Assembly (NCBI GenBank): GCA_964605705.1
Contig: CAZSDW010000010.1
Span: 28,879-92,878 of the forward strand
Source: an uncultured bacterium
Lineage (GTDB): Bacteria; Fidelibacterota; UBA2242
Direction: 5' to 3'
Length of the DNA: 64,000 nucleotides
The translations under genes and the position numbers were made by a program. Below, one piece after another: positions 39,598 to 51,300 of this stretch (position 1 is the first letter of the stretch; each line of letters begins with the position of its first letter). Under the pieces are notes generated by a model. It worked only from the letters and a program-made list of their open reading frames with translations. It searched no databases and was not told the origin of the DNA.

Positions 39598-39683
39598 AAT
39601 CCACAATAGCGAAAGAAACGCCTGTAATTGAAAAACTCTACCCGGAGTTTTTAAAAAAGAAAAATGAAAAAGCATCATAATCA

Positions 39684-42600
39684 ATGAGTAAATCTATGAG
39701 CAAATCATCTGCAAAATTACCGAATGGAATTAGCAATGAACAACTGCGACTGATTGTCGAAAACGCCAATGAGGCGATTTTTGTCCTTCAGAACAACAGC
39801 CTGGTTTATTCTAATTCAAAAGCCGTTGAAATTATCGGCTATCCGGTAGAAAAGATCAGGAATACACCCTTTACCGAATTCATCCATCCCGATGACAGAT
39901 CAATGGTTATGGATAATTATAAAAAACGTCTTTCCGGAAAAAATATCCAAAATATTTACAGCTTTCGTTTAATCAACAGCGCAGAGAAAGTCGTCTGGAC
40001 ACAGGTAAATTCGGTGCTGATTCAATGGAACGGAAAAGCAGCCGTCCTGGTTTTTGCAACGGATATCACCGCCTTGAAAGCCACAGAAGAATCGGTGAAA
40101 ATCAGTGAAGAGCGCTATTACGATCTTTTGGGCACTATTCCCGATGGTGTCTTTGTAATCAATATCAAAGGGATCGTCACCCAATGTAACCGGCGATTTG
40201 AAGAACTCGTTGGCTATGACCGCAGTGAAATTATCGGGAAACATATCACAGACCTGCCCACGGTGAAAAAACAAGACCTGCCCCAATATCTCAAACTCAT
40301 CGGCTCAATCTTCCGGGGACACAAAGAAAAAACTACCGAATTCAAATGGATTCATAAAAACGGCACCGAACGACTGGGGGAAGCCCGGTATAAGATTCGC
40401 AAAGAGCCGGGCAAAGTTCCGGAATTATTCATTATTTTCCATGATATTACCTTGCAGAAACTGGCTGACAAAGCCCTCAAGGAGAGTGAGGAAAAATACA
40501 AAAAGATCGTCGAAATCGCCCACGATGCCATCGTCATTCATACGGATGGTAAAATCGTTTATGCGAATCCGGCAACTGTCAGATTAAGTGGCGCGAATAG
40601 TATCAACGACCTGATTGGAAAACCGGTCATTGATTTCGTGCACCCGGATTACAGAGCGGTGACAATTCAAAGAATTCAGAAGCTGGAAAAGGGCGAAAAT
40701 ATTGCACCTGTTTTTAAAGAGGTTTTTCTTCATTTTGATGGCAGCCCTCTACCGGTCGAAGTGTCGGGATCTCGGACTACCTTTAATGGTAAACCTTCCA
40801 TTCAACTATTCATCCGGGATATCCGGGATCATCTAAAGCAACAGGAAGCCCTGGTCGAAAGCGAACGTAAATGGCGGGAACTCTTCGAAAATATGCTCGA
40901 CGGGTGGTTTTCCAACGATATCAATGGAAAATACCTGGAATACAACCAGGCATTTCTGGATATGCTGGGATATCCGGCTGAAGAACTGCGGCAAAAAACT
41001 CACCGGGAAATTACCCCGGAAAAATGGCACGGCTTTGAAGACGAGATCGTCAATAAAATCCTGAAACAAAAAGGTTTTACCGGGATTTATGAAAAAGAGT
41101 ATCTCCATAAAGACGGCAGGATCATTCCGGTTGAAATATCGATTCACCAGATCAAAGATGACAATGGAAAACCGATCGGTACCTGGGGAATTGCCCATAA
41201 TATTATCGAGAAAAAAGCATCTCAGGACGCCCTGGCAATCCGGGAATTTCTGAATCAGATTACCCTGAAAAACATATCCGATGCCATTTTTATCACAAAT
41301 GACCGGGGCAAATTTACCTTTATCTGCACCGACCCGGAGTCACTCTTCGGATATTCCAAGAGCGAGTTGCTGAAAATGGGCAATGTCTCAAAATTGTTCG
41401 AGATTGGTAAAATTGACACAACCCTGCTAAAAACCCGGGGCGAAATCCAGAATATTGATTATGCTATTACCGACAAATCGGGAACCAAGAAGGTCATTCT
41501 GGTCAATATCAAAAATGTCGCCATCGGTGACGGAACGCGACTCTTTACCTGTCGTGAAATTACCGATCGAAAAAAAGCCGAAATAGCGCTCCGGCGCAGT
41601 GAAAATCGATACCGGGTTTTATTCGATACCGCTCCGGCGGGAATTATTACCGTTGATCCTGAAGGCAAAATCCGGGAAGTCAACCAGGAGATGCTGAAGT
41701 TTCTCGGCTCTCCCTCGGCAGAACAGACCAAAGCAATCAATATGTTCACATTTCCACCGCTGGTCGAGGCTGGTATTTCCAGGTCCCTGCAGGAATGCCT
41801 GGAAACCGGCAACAGTTTCGTCTGTGAACATCCCTATCAATCAAAATGGGGCAAAAGTGTCGTCCTGCATTATCACCTGGCTGCGATCAAAGATGACAAC
41901 GGAGCAAATATCGGCGTTCAGGCAATTGCCCTGGATTATACCAAATATCGCCAGGCGGAAGATGAGTTGCGAAAAAGCGAGGAGTTCCTGTCCACAATTT
42001 TTAATTACAGTAATATTGGTGTTTACCTGATAAAAGTGACCGCGGATGGGAATTATATTTATGAAGGGATCAATCCGATTCAAGAAAAACTGCTGGCTAT
42101 TTCGAATGATTTTGTCAAGGGAAAACGCCCGGAAGACCTCGTATCTCTACTCGGCAAAGAAGCCGTTGATTCGTTGCTCGCTATCTTTGATGAATGTGTG
42201 CAGAAAAAAGAGTCACTGGAGTCAGAATCCTTTGTCCCGGAAGGTCCCGCGAAAGGCTGGTGGTTTAACCAGTTGAGACCCATCATGGATGATCAAAACC
42301 GGGTGATTCGCCTGATTGGCAATGGAATGAAAACAACCGAATTGAAAGAAGCCCAAAGCGCCCTGCGGGCAAGCGAAGCCCGTTTTTCAACATTCACAAA
42401 CCATATTCCGGCGGCGGTATTTATCAAAGACCAAGAGTGCAAAACTCTCTATCTGAACCGGTACATGCAGCGCCTGTTCAACGCAGATGACAGCTGGCTT
42501 GGAAAAACCTTCGCAGACATGATTCCCGGTGAAATTGGCAGACAAATACTCGATGATGACCGGCAAGCCCTGCGGACTGGTTTTATCGAGAAAGAAAAAA

Positions 42601-45185
42601 CGATCATCGATCCGACCGGCAAGAAACGCATTTTATATTCCCAGAAATTCAGAATCGAGCAACCGGACGGTCCGCCTATCCTGGGTGGGATCGCCTGGGA
42701 TATTACCCGCCTGAAGGATACGGAATCCGCCCTGCAGGAGAGTCAGTCACGGTTTTTAGCCTTCATGGACCATATTCCGGGAGGCGTCTTTATAAAAGAC
42801 CACGCGAGTAAATTCGTCTATCTGAACAAATACATGCACGACAACTTCAGTACCGATGATCGCTGGATCGGAAAATCGACGGATAAACTGTTCCCCGAAG
42901 AAACCAGCAAACGGATGATTCGTGAAGATCAAGCCGCTTTGGAAAAAGGCATGCTCGTGATTGAGGAGCCGGTCGAAGACAGATTCGGAAATGACCATAT
43001 ATATCAAACCTACAAATTCAGAATCGATCAGGATGGCGGGAAACCATTGCTGGGCGGGATTACGATGGATATTACCGAGCGCAAAAAAGCAGCGGAAGCC
43101 ATCCGTGAAAACGAACGTTTTCTCCAAAATACCTTCGATGCAATCCAGGATGGTATCTCGGTGCTGGATCGGGATTTGACGATCATTAAAACCAATCAGT
43201 GGATGAGTGAACAGTATGCTCACAACAAACCGTTAGTGGGCAAAAAATGCTACCAGGCTTACCAGCAGCGTGATTCAATCTGCCCCTGGTGTCCCAGCGT
43301 GAAAGCCCTTCAAACCGGAGCAACACATACCCAAGAGGTTCCCTATCCCAACGAGGAAAATCCCACAGGCTGGATCGATCTGTCCGCATTTCCGCTGAAG
43401 AATGCACAGGGCGAAGTGACCGGCGTCATCGAATACGTCAAAGATATCAGCAAACGCAAAAAAGCCGAAGAAGCCCTGCGCAAAAGTGAAGCCCAGTATC
43501 GGGAACTTATCGACGGGATGATCGAAACCGTCTGGATCATCGACTTTGACGGAAATTTGCTGGATGTCAACCACAGTGCCACTGAAGTACTGGGCTATAC
43601 CCAAAAAGAGCTGTTGGACATTGGGTTGTACGGTATCGATTCCTCACTCAAGAAAGAAGCTATCCGAGCACTTGCCGGAGCAATGCCCAAGGATGAAACC
43701 CAGATGTTTGAAACATCCCATCGGAAAAAAGACGGCACGATCTTCCCCGTAGAAGTCTATTCCAGCCTGGTAACCTATCATGGAAAACCGGCTATTCTGA
43801 GCATCGCCCGCGACATCACCGATCGTAAAAGGGCTGAAAAACAGCTGCAAGAAAGTGAAGAGAAACATCGTCTTATCAATCAAAATATTCCGGTACTTGT
43901 TTATGCCGCCCTTCCCGATGAAAAATCAACCAATATCTTTTTATCGGGGCAAGCTCAGGAACTGACGGGTTACAACAGTGAAGAGTTGCTTAATGACAAC
44001 TCCATCTGGGAAAAAATGATTCACCCCGATGATGTTGAAAAGGTTTTGAAAGCGATAAGCGCTCACCGAAAGGCTAAATCGATTCTCAATATCGAATATC
44101 GGATCATAACAAAATCCGGTAAGCAAAAGTGGATTCATGACAAAGCCAAACCGCTGCTGGATGAAAACGAAACCATTATCCTAATTCAAGGATTCATGGA
44201 AGACATCACCGAGCGCAAGCAGGCGGAAGAGGCGCTGAAAAATCAGGAACATTTTATTTCTGCCGTCGCGGATACCAATCCGGCGCTGATCTATGTCTAT
44301 GATATGGAATCCAACAGCAATGTTTACAGCAATACGGGGATTGAAAAATTGCTGGGATATTCCGCTCCTGAAATACAGGCAATGGGCAGTGATATGTTTC
44401 CCCGGCTGATCCACCCTGATGATCTTCCTGGTGTCATTAAATTCCAAAAGGAAATCCTGGCAGCCAAAGATGAAGACGTTCTGGAAATCGAATACCGGAT
44501 GAGGCACCGCAATGGAAAATGGGTCACTCTGCACAGCTATGAAAGGGTATTTCTGAGAAATCCCAATGGTTCTGTGAAACAAAAGGTTGGCGTTGCTCTC
44601 GATGTCACCGAGCGCAAACAAACCGAAGAGGAACTTCACAGTTCCCGATATATGCTGCAGACCGTGTTGAATACATTGCCCACCGGTGTTTTCTGGAAAG
44701 ACACCAAGCTGAATTACCTGGGTGCCAACCGCGCCTGGCTTGAAACAGTCGGAGTTGAATCAGTGAAAGATATAATCGGAAAAAGCGATTATGACCTGCC
44801 ATGGGAAAAGTCTGAGGCGGATTCATTCCGGGCTGACGATACCAAAATTATAGAATCTGGCTTCCCACGCTATAACATCATCGAGCCCTATTCGCGTGCC
44901 GATGGAACCCACGCTTGGGCAAAGACCAATAAAGCCCTCCTGCGAAGCAATGACGGTCAAATCATCGGAGTGCTCGGTACCTATGAGGACATCACAACCC
45001 AAAAGCAGGCGGAAGACCAACTTCATCAGAAAATAACCGAACTGGAGCGCTTCAACAAGGTCATGGTGGGACGTGAAAACCGCATGATCGAACTGAAGCA
45101 GGAAATCAACGAACTCTGTGATAAACTGGGAATTCCTCATAAATATCAGGCATCGAATGATATAAATAACATGAATTCGACATAA
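39684..45185 (+). CDS. giant multi-PAS protein (14 PAS/PAC repeats, 1833 aa), no catalytic output, GRENRMIELK tail
   Basis: 14 repeated PAS starts, most closed by DIT-type PAC ends; ends ELERFNKVMVGRENRMIELKQEINELCDKLG. Confidence 0.88.
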   Translation: MSKSMSKSSAKLPNGISNEQLRLIVENANEAIFVLQNNSLVYSNSKAVEIIGYPVEKIRNTPFTEFIHPDDRSMVMDNYKKRLSGKNIQNIYSFRLINSAEKVVWTQVNSVLIQWNGKAAVLVFATDITALKATEESVKISEERYYDLLGTIPDGVFVINIKGIVTQCNRRFEELVGYDRSEIIGKHITDLPTVKKQDLPQYLKLIGSIFRGHKEKTTEFKWIHKNGTERLGEARYKIRKEPGKVPELFIIFHDITLQKLADKALKESEEKYKKIVEIAHDAIVIHTDGKIVYANPATVRLSGANSINDLIGKPVIDFVHPDYRAVTIQRIQKLEKGENIAPVFKEVFLHFDGSPLPVEVSGSRTTFNGKPSIQLFIRDIRDHLKQQEALVESERKWRELFENMLDGWFSNDINGKYLEYNQAFLDMLGYPAEELRQKTHREITPEKWHGFEDEIVNKILKQKGFTGIYEKEYLHKDGRIIPVEISIHQIKDDNGKPIGTWGIAHNIIEKKASQDALAIREFLNQITLKNISDAIFITNDRGKFTFICTDPESLFGYSKSELLKMGNVSKLFEIGKIDTTLLKTRGEIQNIDYAITDKSGTKKVILVNIKNVAIGDGTRLFTCREITDRKKAEIALRRSENRYRVLFDTAPAGIITVDPEGKIREVNQEMLKFLGSPSAEQTKAINMFTFPPLVEAGISRSLQECLETGNSFVCEHPYQSKWGKSVVLHYHLAAIKDDNGANIGVQAIALDYTKYRQAEDELRKSEEFLSTIFNYSNIGVYLIKVTADGNYIYEGINPIQEKLLAISNDFVKGKRPEDLVSLLGKEAVDSLLAIFDECVQKKESLESESFVPEGPAKGWWFNQLRPIMDDQNRVIRLIGNGMKTTELKEAQSALRASEARFSTFTNHIPAAVFIKDQECKTLYLNRYMQRLFNADDSWLGKTFADMIPGEIGRQILDDDRQALRTGFIEKEKTIIDPTGKKRILYSQKFRIEQPDGPPILGGIAWDITRLKDTESALQESQSRFLAFMDHIPGGVFIKDHASKFVYLNKYMHDNFSTDDRWIGKSTDKLFPEETSKRMIREDQAALEKGMLVIEEPVEDRFGNDHIYQTYKFRIDQDGGKPLLGGITMDITERKKAAEAIRENERFLQNTFDAIQDGISVLDRDLTIIKTNQWMSEQYAHNKPLVGKKCYQAYQQRDSICPWCPSVKALQTGATHTQEVPYPNEENPTGWIDLSAFPLKNAQGEVTGVIEYVKDISKRKKAEEALRKSEAQYRELIDGMIETVWIIDFDGNLLDVNHSATEVLGYTQKELLDIGLYGIDSSLKKEAIRALAGAMPKDETQMFETSHRKKDGTIFPVEVYSSLVTYHGKPAILSIARDITDRKRAEKQLQESEEKHRLINQNIPVLVYAALPDEKSTNIFLSGQAQELTGYNSEELLNDNSIWEKMIHPDDVEKVLKAISAHRKAKSILNIEYRIITKSGKQKWIHDKAKPLLDENETIILIQGFMEDITERKQAEEALKNQEHFISAVADTNPALIYVYDMESNSNVYSNTGIEKLLGYSAPEIQAMGSDMFPRLIHPDDLPGVIKFQKEILAAKDEDVLEIEYRMRHRNGKWVTLHSYERVFLRNPNGSVKQKVGVALDVTERKQTEEELHSSRYMLQTVLNTLPTGVFWKDTKLNYLGANRAWLETVGVESVKDIIGKSDYDLPWEKSEADSFRADDTKIIESGFPRYNIIEPYSRADGTHAWAKTNKALLRSNDGQIIGVLGTYEDITTQKQAEDQLHQKITELERFNKVMVGRENRMIELKQEINELCDKLGIPHKYQASNDINNMNST

Positions 45186-45253
45186 GAGATGAATGTTTAT
45201 ATTTTGAAAAATAAACCGTTAAAACGGTTATTATTATGAGGTTTAAATTAACT

Positions 45254-45352
45254 CCCGAATTTCTCAGCAGGGACTCCTGTAGGAGAATTCGGGGGATGCA
45301 CCTAATTTTTACTAAGAATTCAACTGTTTCAACAGTTTCCATAGGTGATTTC
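45254..45352 (-). repeat. 99-bp structured repeat, copy 1 (inverted relative to 52800-52898)
   Basis: reverse complement matches 52800-52898 at 95/99 positions; internal CCCGAATT/AATTCGGG hairpin and AACTGTT-N2-AACAGTT palindrome. Confidence 0.9.
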
Positions 45353-45417
45353 ATTATCTTTCTCTTTCATCGAACTCACGTTAAATAAACAATCCAATTG
45401 AAAATAGAGGATAAGCA

Positions 45418-48348
45418 ATGACGGCAAATTCCAAACCAGCCAGATCTAAGATCAATGCGACCAAGCCCTTTTTTGTCGTCGGAATCGGCGCATCTGCCGG
45501 TGGCCTGGAAGCACTGGGTAACTTTTTTACCAAAGTAAGCCCGAAACCGGGCACCGCGTTCGTCATTATTCAGCATCTCAGCCCGAGCTATAAAAGCAGC
45601 ATGGCGTCTCTCCTGACCAGATATACCGATCTGCCTGTCGCTGAAATCATCGACAGTATGCCGGTGAAATCCAATCATATTTACCTGAATCCTTCGGATA
45701 AAAACGTCGCCCTGTTTAGCCGGGTATTTCAGCTGAGCGACCCGGCACCCAAAGCCGGGATCAACCTGCCGATCGATCATTTTTTCCGCTCCCTGGCGGA
45801 TGACTGTCAGGAACAGGCAGTCGGCATTATTTTGTCCGGTACGGCGTCCGATGGTTCAGCCGGCATCAAAGCCATTAAGGAGCACGGCGGCATGGTGATG
45901 GTTCAACAGCCTGACAACGCCCAATACCCCGGCATGCCCCAGAGCGCCATCAATACCGGTCTGGTGGATGTCATTCTGCCAGTCGAGGAATTGCCTGCCA
46001 GCCTGCTAAAATACGTCCGGCATCCGTTATTAAAAAAACGTAGCACCGACGCTGATCAACAAAGTATTTTTCAGGACAATATCCGGAAAATCTTTCACTT
46101 CATCCGCAGCAAAACGGGACACGATTTCAGCCAGTATAAACAAAACACGATCCGGCGGCGGGTCGAACGGCGGATGGCGATTCACCAGATTGCCGAATTG
46201 CCGGATTATATCCGGTATCTCGAAAAAACTCCTTTGGAAGCCGAAACCCTGTTCCGGGAACTGCTGATTGGCGTGACCGGGTTTTTCCGTGATCCGGAAG
46301 CCTTCGATATCCTGAAAGAGACTATCCTGCCGAAATTTCTGGAAACGAAATTACCGGACGCAACTCTGCGTATCTGGATCGTCGGCTGCTCCACCGGCGA
46401 GGAAGCCTACTCCCTGGGAATCCTCCTCTCTGAAGTAATGAATGCTCTGAAAAAACAGTTCAACTTTCAGATTTTCGCCAGTGATATCGATCCACGGGCG
46501 ATCGAAACAGCACGCCTGGGTGTTTACCCGGAAAGCATTGTTTCCGATGTCAGCGAAGAACGCTTAAGACATTATTTCAGCAAAGTCGATCATCATTTCC
46601 GGATTAAAAAATCCATTCGCGACATGGTGGTTTTTGCCGATCACAACCTGATCAAAGACCCGCCCTTTTCCAGGCTGGATCTGCTGGTCTGCCGGAATCT
46701 GCTCATCTATTTGGACGGCGCTCTCCAAAAGAAGATATTCCCCATATTTCACTTTACCCTGAATCCCGACGGAATTCTCTTTCTGGGATCGTCGGAAAGT
46801 ATTGGAGTCCACACCGATCTATTCAAGCCCCTGAATCCCAAATGGAAAATCTTTCAAAAGAAGCTCAACCTGGATGGAAAAGCCAAAGAATTATACGACT
46901 ATCAACCGAAAAACAACAAGTCAATAAAAATGAATGGTCCCAACAAAAAATCACCGAGTATTGCCGATGTCATCCATAAAACCGAACGCCTGATTTTTGA
47001 TACGTTTGCCCCGGCAGCCGTCATTATCAATGAAAAATCGGAGATTCTGCATTTCATCGGTTCTACCGACAAATTCCTGGCGCCGCCCGTCGGGCAAGCC
47101 TCTTTTAATCTGCTGAATATGGCGCGGGAAAATTTAAAGTATCAGTTGTCGGTACTAATCACCAAAGCGCTGCAACAGAAAACCATCACATCCGCCAGTG
47201 GTATTCGCTTCGCATCGGATAATGTCAACCGGGTTGCTGATATCACAGTGCGGCCCCTTTCCGAGGACAATCTGCCCGAAGGATTGATGCTGGTGATTTT
47301 CGAAGATATGACTGCCACCGGTAAGCCAAAAGCTGCGGTAAGTGTTTCATCCGGCACAAACCCCCGTAACAGGAATGTTGCGCAACTCGAAAAGGAACTG
47401 CAATCCACCCGGGAATACCTCCAGAGCACCATTGAGGAAATGGAAACTTCCAATGAGGAACTGCGCTCCGCCAATGAAGAATTACAATCGGTTAATGAAG
47501 AGCTGCAAAGCGCCAATGAAGAACTGGAAACTTCCAAAGAGGAACTCCATTCCACCAATGAGGAGCTCAGCACCGTCAACGCGGAACTGCAGATGAAAGT
47601 GGCAGAATTGAGCCAGTCCAACGACGACATGAACAACCTGCTGGCGGCTAGCCAGATCGGGACCGTCTTCCTGGACAATAATCTCTGCATCAAACGCTTT
47701 ACGCCCGCCATGCAGAATACGATCAACCTGATCACTTCCGATATCGGCAGACCCATTGATCATATCACGACCCAGTTTCAGGATTTGAAAATCAGTGACT
47801 ATGTCCGGGAAGTCCTCAATACGCTGCACCAGAAAGAGTGTGAAATCCAGACCCGCGAAGGGCATTGGTACAACATGCGGATTCTGCCCTACCGCACCAC
47901 AGAAAATGTCATCGACGGCGTGGTGATCACCTTTTTCGATATTCAATCCGTCAGACAGACCCGAAAATTACGCCGCCTGGCAACCATCCTGCAGGATTCC
48001 GATGATGCGATTCTGGCATTTGACCTTACCGGAAATATCATTGCCTGGAACCGGGGCGCCGAAAAGATGTACGGCTATAGTGAGCCAGAAGCCCTCCGGA
48101 TGAAAATATATGCAATCACCCGAAAAAAAGACCACGCTGAATTCGACCGCTTGATTCAAACCATAAAAGCCGGGAAACCGGTTGAGCCCTATAATGCAAT
48201 ACGGATCAGCAAAACCGGACAGAAACTGGATGTCCTGGTCACGGCTACGACACTCCGCGATGATCAGGGAGTCCCGGTAGAAGTGGCTATCACCGAGCGA
48301 AATCTTTACTGGCTCCCGACCGAAAAAGCAAAGAAAGCATCCTCATGA
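45418..48348 (+). CDS. CheB methylesterase-CheR methyltransferase fusion with coiled coil and PAS domains
   Basis: CheB GASAGG/QHL/GTASDG triad; CheR GVTGFFRD, GCSTGEEAYS, CRNLLIY; NEEL heptads; two C-terminal PAS; no kinase. Confidence 0.92.
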   Translation: MTANSKPARSKINATKPFFVVGIGASAGGLEALGNFFTKVSPKPGTAFVIIQHLSPSYKSSMASLLTRYTDLPVAEIIDSMPVKSNHIYLNPSDKNVALFSRVFQLSDPAPKAGINLPIDHFFRSLADDCQEQAVGIILSGTASDGSAGIKAIKEHGGMVMVQQPDNAQYPGMPQSAINTGLVDVILPVEELPASLLKYVRHPLLKKRSTDADQQSIFQDNIRKIFHFIRSKTGHDFSQYKQNTIRRRVERRMAIHQIAELPDYIRYLEKTPLEAETLFRELLIGVTGFFRDPEAFDILKETILPKFLETKLPDATLRIWIVGCSTGEEAYSLGILLSEVMNALKKQFNFQIFASDIDPRAIETARLGVYPESIVSDVSEERLRHYFSKVDHHFRIKKSIRDMVVFADHNLIKDPPFSRLDLLVCRNLLIYLDGALQKKIFPIFHFTLNPDGILFLGSSESIGVHTDLFKPLNPKWKIFQKKLNLDGKAKELYDYQPKNNKSIKMNGPNKKSPSIADVIHKTERLIFDTFAPAAVIINEKSEILHFIGSTDKFLAPPVGQASFNLLNMARENLKYQLSVLITKALQQKTITSASGIRFASDNVNRVADITVRPLSEDNLPEGLMLVIFEDMTATGKPKAAVSVSSGTNPRNRNVAQLEKELQSTREYLQSTIEEMETSNEELRSANEELQSVNEELQSANEELETSKEELHSTNEELSTVNAELQMKVAELSQSNDDMNNLLAASQIGTVFLDNNLCIKRFTPAMQNTINLITSDIGRPIDHITTQFQDLKISDYVREVLNTLHQKECEIQTREGHWYNMRILPYRTTENVIDGVVITFFDIQSVRQTRKLRRLATILQDSDDAILAFDLTGNIIAWNRGAEKMYGYSEPEALRMKIYAITRKKDHAEFDRLIQTIKAGKPVEPYNAIRISKTGQKLDVLVTATTLRDDQGVPVEVAITERNLYWLPTEKAKKASS

Positions 48349-51300
48349 AAAACAAATCCAATCCTTCATCAGATAAAACCAATCTGCGTCAACAGGCGGA
48401 AAAAAAATTAGGCGGAAAAACCGATCAGGTACAGGATTTCGCGAAGATGAGCCCTGACGAGATTGCCCGGACGGTTCATGAACTCCGGGTTCACCAGATC
48501 GAGATGGAGATGCAGAATGAACAGCTGCGCCAGACCCAGATGGAGCTGGAACAGACCCGGGATAAATACAGCGATCTCTATGATTTCGCACCCGTGGGGT
48601 ATTGTACCCTTTCCGAGAAAGGCACAATCACGGAATGCAACCTGACCCTCTGTTCGCTCCTGAACATCGACCGCAGTTCCCTGGTTGGAAAACATTTTTC
48701 AGCTTTTATCCACCCGGAAGATCACGATAATTATTACCGATTTTGGAATCACCTGCAAAAGGAAAATTCCGCACAACAATCCCAGTTTCGTATGCAGCAA
48801 AAAAACGGAAACCGTTTTTTTACTGACTTACATGCCATGGTCATTCCGGAATCGGAAACAGAAAAACGGCATATGCGTCTGGCGGTGACCAATATTTCTT
48901 CCCAAAGAGCCGCCGATGACGCACTGCACCAGGAACGGGATCTGCTGAAAGATATCACCGATACCAGTCCCGTGGGGATAACCGTTGTCGATACCGTCGG
49001 TCAGATCACCTTTGCCAATGCTGAAGCCGAGAAGATCCTCGGTCTGGAAAAGGAATCCATCACCAGCCGGAGGTATAACGATCCGCTCTGGAAAATCACC
49101 GATTACAGCGGTAATCCCTTTCCCAACGAACAACTGCCTTTTGCAGTCGTTAAAAAAACCCTCAAGCCCACTTACAATATTCAACACGCCATCCAGTGGC
49201 TCGATGGACAGCGCACCCTGCTCAGTATCAACGCCATGCCCCGGTTTGATGAATCGGGACATTTTCAGGGCATGGTTGCCGCGATTCAGGATGTCACCGA
49301 GAAGATCAGGACTGAACGGGCGTTAAATCGGGAAATGGAACTGGCTCAGCATTACCTGAATATCGCCGGAACCCTTTTTGTCGCGATCGATAAAAACCAG
49401 ATTGTCACCATGATAAATCCCAAAGCCTGTGAAATCCTGGGCTATCCCGAAAATGAAATTATCGGTAAAAACTGGTTTGACCATTTTGTGCCCAAAGGCA
49501 ACCGGAAAGACGTCAAAAAAGTCTTTGATAAAATCATTGCCGGGCAATTGACGCCGGTCGAATTCTATGAAAACCCGGTGCTGACTAAATCCGGCAAAGA
49601 ACGCCTGATTACGTGGCATAATTCACTGCTTTATGATGATAATGGTTCCATCGGCGGAATCCTGAGCTCCGGCGAAGATATCACCCGGCACTACGAATCC
49701 CAGGAAAAACTGCTGGAACAGTTTCAGTTCCAGCAAACCCTGATCAACACGATTCCAAGCCCGGTTTTCTATAAAGATAACCAGGGGAAATATACCGGCT
49801 GCAATAAAGCTTTCAGCAATTTTATCGGATTACCCCAGGAAAAGATTCTGGGCAAAACAGCCTATGACATTGTCCCCGGGGAATTCGCCGATTTTTATCA
49901 CAAAAAAGATTTGGAACTCATTGAGCATCCCGGAATCCAGCATTACGAATGGAAAGTCAAATCCGCCGACGGCAACATTAGAAATGCCATTTTCGATAAA
50001 GCCACATTATACGGAGCCAACAAACAGCCCGCTGGTATGATCGGAATCATTTCCGATATCACCGAATTGAAGCAAGCGGAACAGGAAATCCGGGAAAGCC
50101 ATAGTGCCACCCTGAATATTCTTGAGGATTTTAACCGGGAATTTAATATAAGAAAAAGAACGGAAGCTGCCTTAAAAAAAAGCGACGAACGTTTCAATCT
50201 TGCCATGCAGGCAACGTCGGATGGTATCTGGGACTGGAACCTGATCAGCAACGCCATATACTATTCCCCCGGTTGGAAAAGCATGCTGGGATACGCCGAC
50301 GATGAAATCAAAAATGAATTTTCCGAATGGGAACGCCTGACTGACCCGGAAGATTTGGAAAAAACCTGGCAAATGCTGGATGAGCACATCAGCGGTAAGC
50401 GTGACCGTTTTGAGATTGAGTTTAAAATGCGCCATAAAGACGGTCACTGGGTGGACATTTTATCCCGCGCCAACGCGGTGTTCGATCAAAATGGCAAAGC
50501 CATCCGTCTGATCGGTACCCATGTGGATATCTCCGAGCGTAAAAATCTGGAACAGCAGATTCGGGACGCTTATAATTTCAACCAGTTGATTATTGACACC
50601 TCGCCGGTGGGTGTCTGGATCTATGATGAAACCGGTCAAACCATTATGATCAATCCGGCTGGCGTTGCGCTGAGCGGCGGCGATTATGATCTGCTGATCC
50701 GCATGAACTGGCGTAAACTGGAGTCATGGAAAAAGACAGGGCTGTTCGATGCCGCCGAAGAAGTACTGAAAACCGGCAAAATGGTCAAAAAGGAAATCCA
50801 TGCCGTCAATACAGTCAACACAGAAGTCTGGTATGAAGCGTTGCTGCTCTCGGTCCAATTCAAGGGGAAGAAGCATCTGCTGATGATGACCTATGATGTC
50901 AAAGAGCAGAGAATTGCCGGAAGAGCCTTGCGGGAGAGCGAGGAACGCTTCCGGCAGCTGTTTGACAACATGCAAAACGGCGTAGCGATTTATACGCCTG
51001 TTGATGATGGCAAAGAATTTATCTTTAAAGACATTAATAAAGCCGGTGAAAAACTCAGCCAGGTCAAAAAGGAAGCTATCGTCGGCAAAAAGCTATTGGA
51101 TATATTCCCCGGTGCCGCTGCGTACGGCTTGATCGATGCTTTTCATCAAACTGTCAAGACTGGTAAACCCGCGCATGTTGACCTCAAAATGTACCAGGAT
51201 CAACGAATGTCTCAATGGGTGGAAAACACGGTTTATGCCTTGCCATCCGGCGAGGTCGTTGCTATCTATGAAGATACCAGCGAACGCCATAGATATCTGG

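Noticed and set aside
39631-39652. AAAAACTC/GAGTTTTT hairpin between the first two PAS genes
   Set aside because: The stem is mostly A-T and too weak to call a terminator
45106-45354. Near-identical peptides METVxTVEFLVKIRCIPRILLQES in ORFs 45106-45354 (-) and 52792-53034 (+)
   Set aside because: Translations of the 99-bp DNA repeat; different starts and tails, and both overlap real genes
47430-47600. 21-bp periodic AATGA(A/G)GA DNA repeats
   Set aside because: Explained by the NEEL heptad coil within the CheB-CheR fusion
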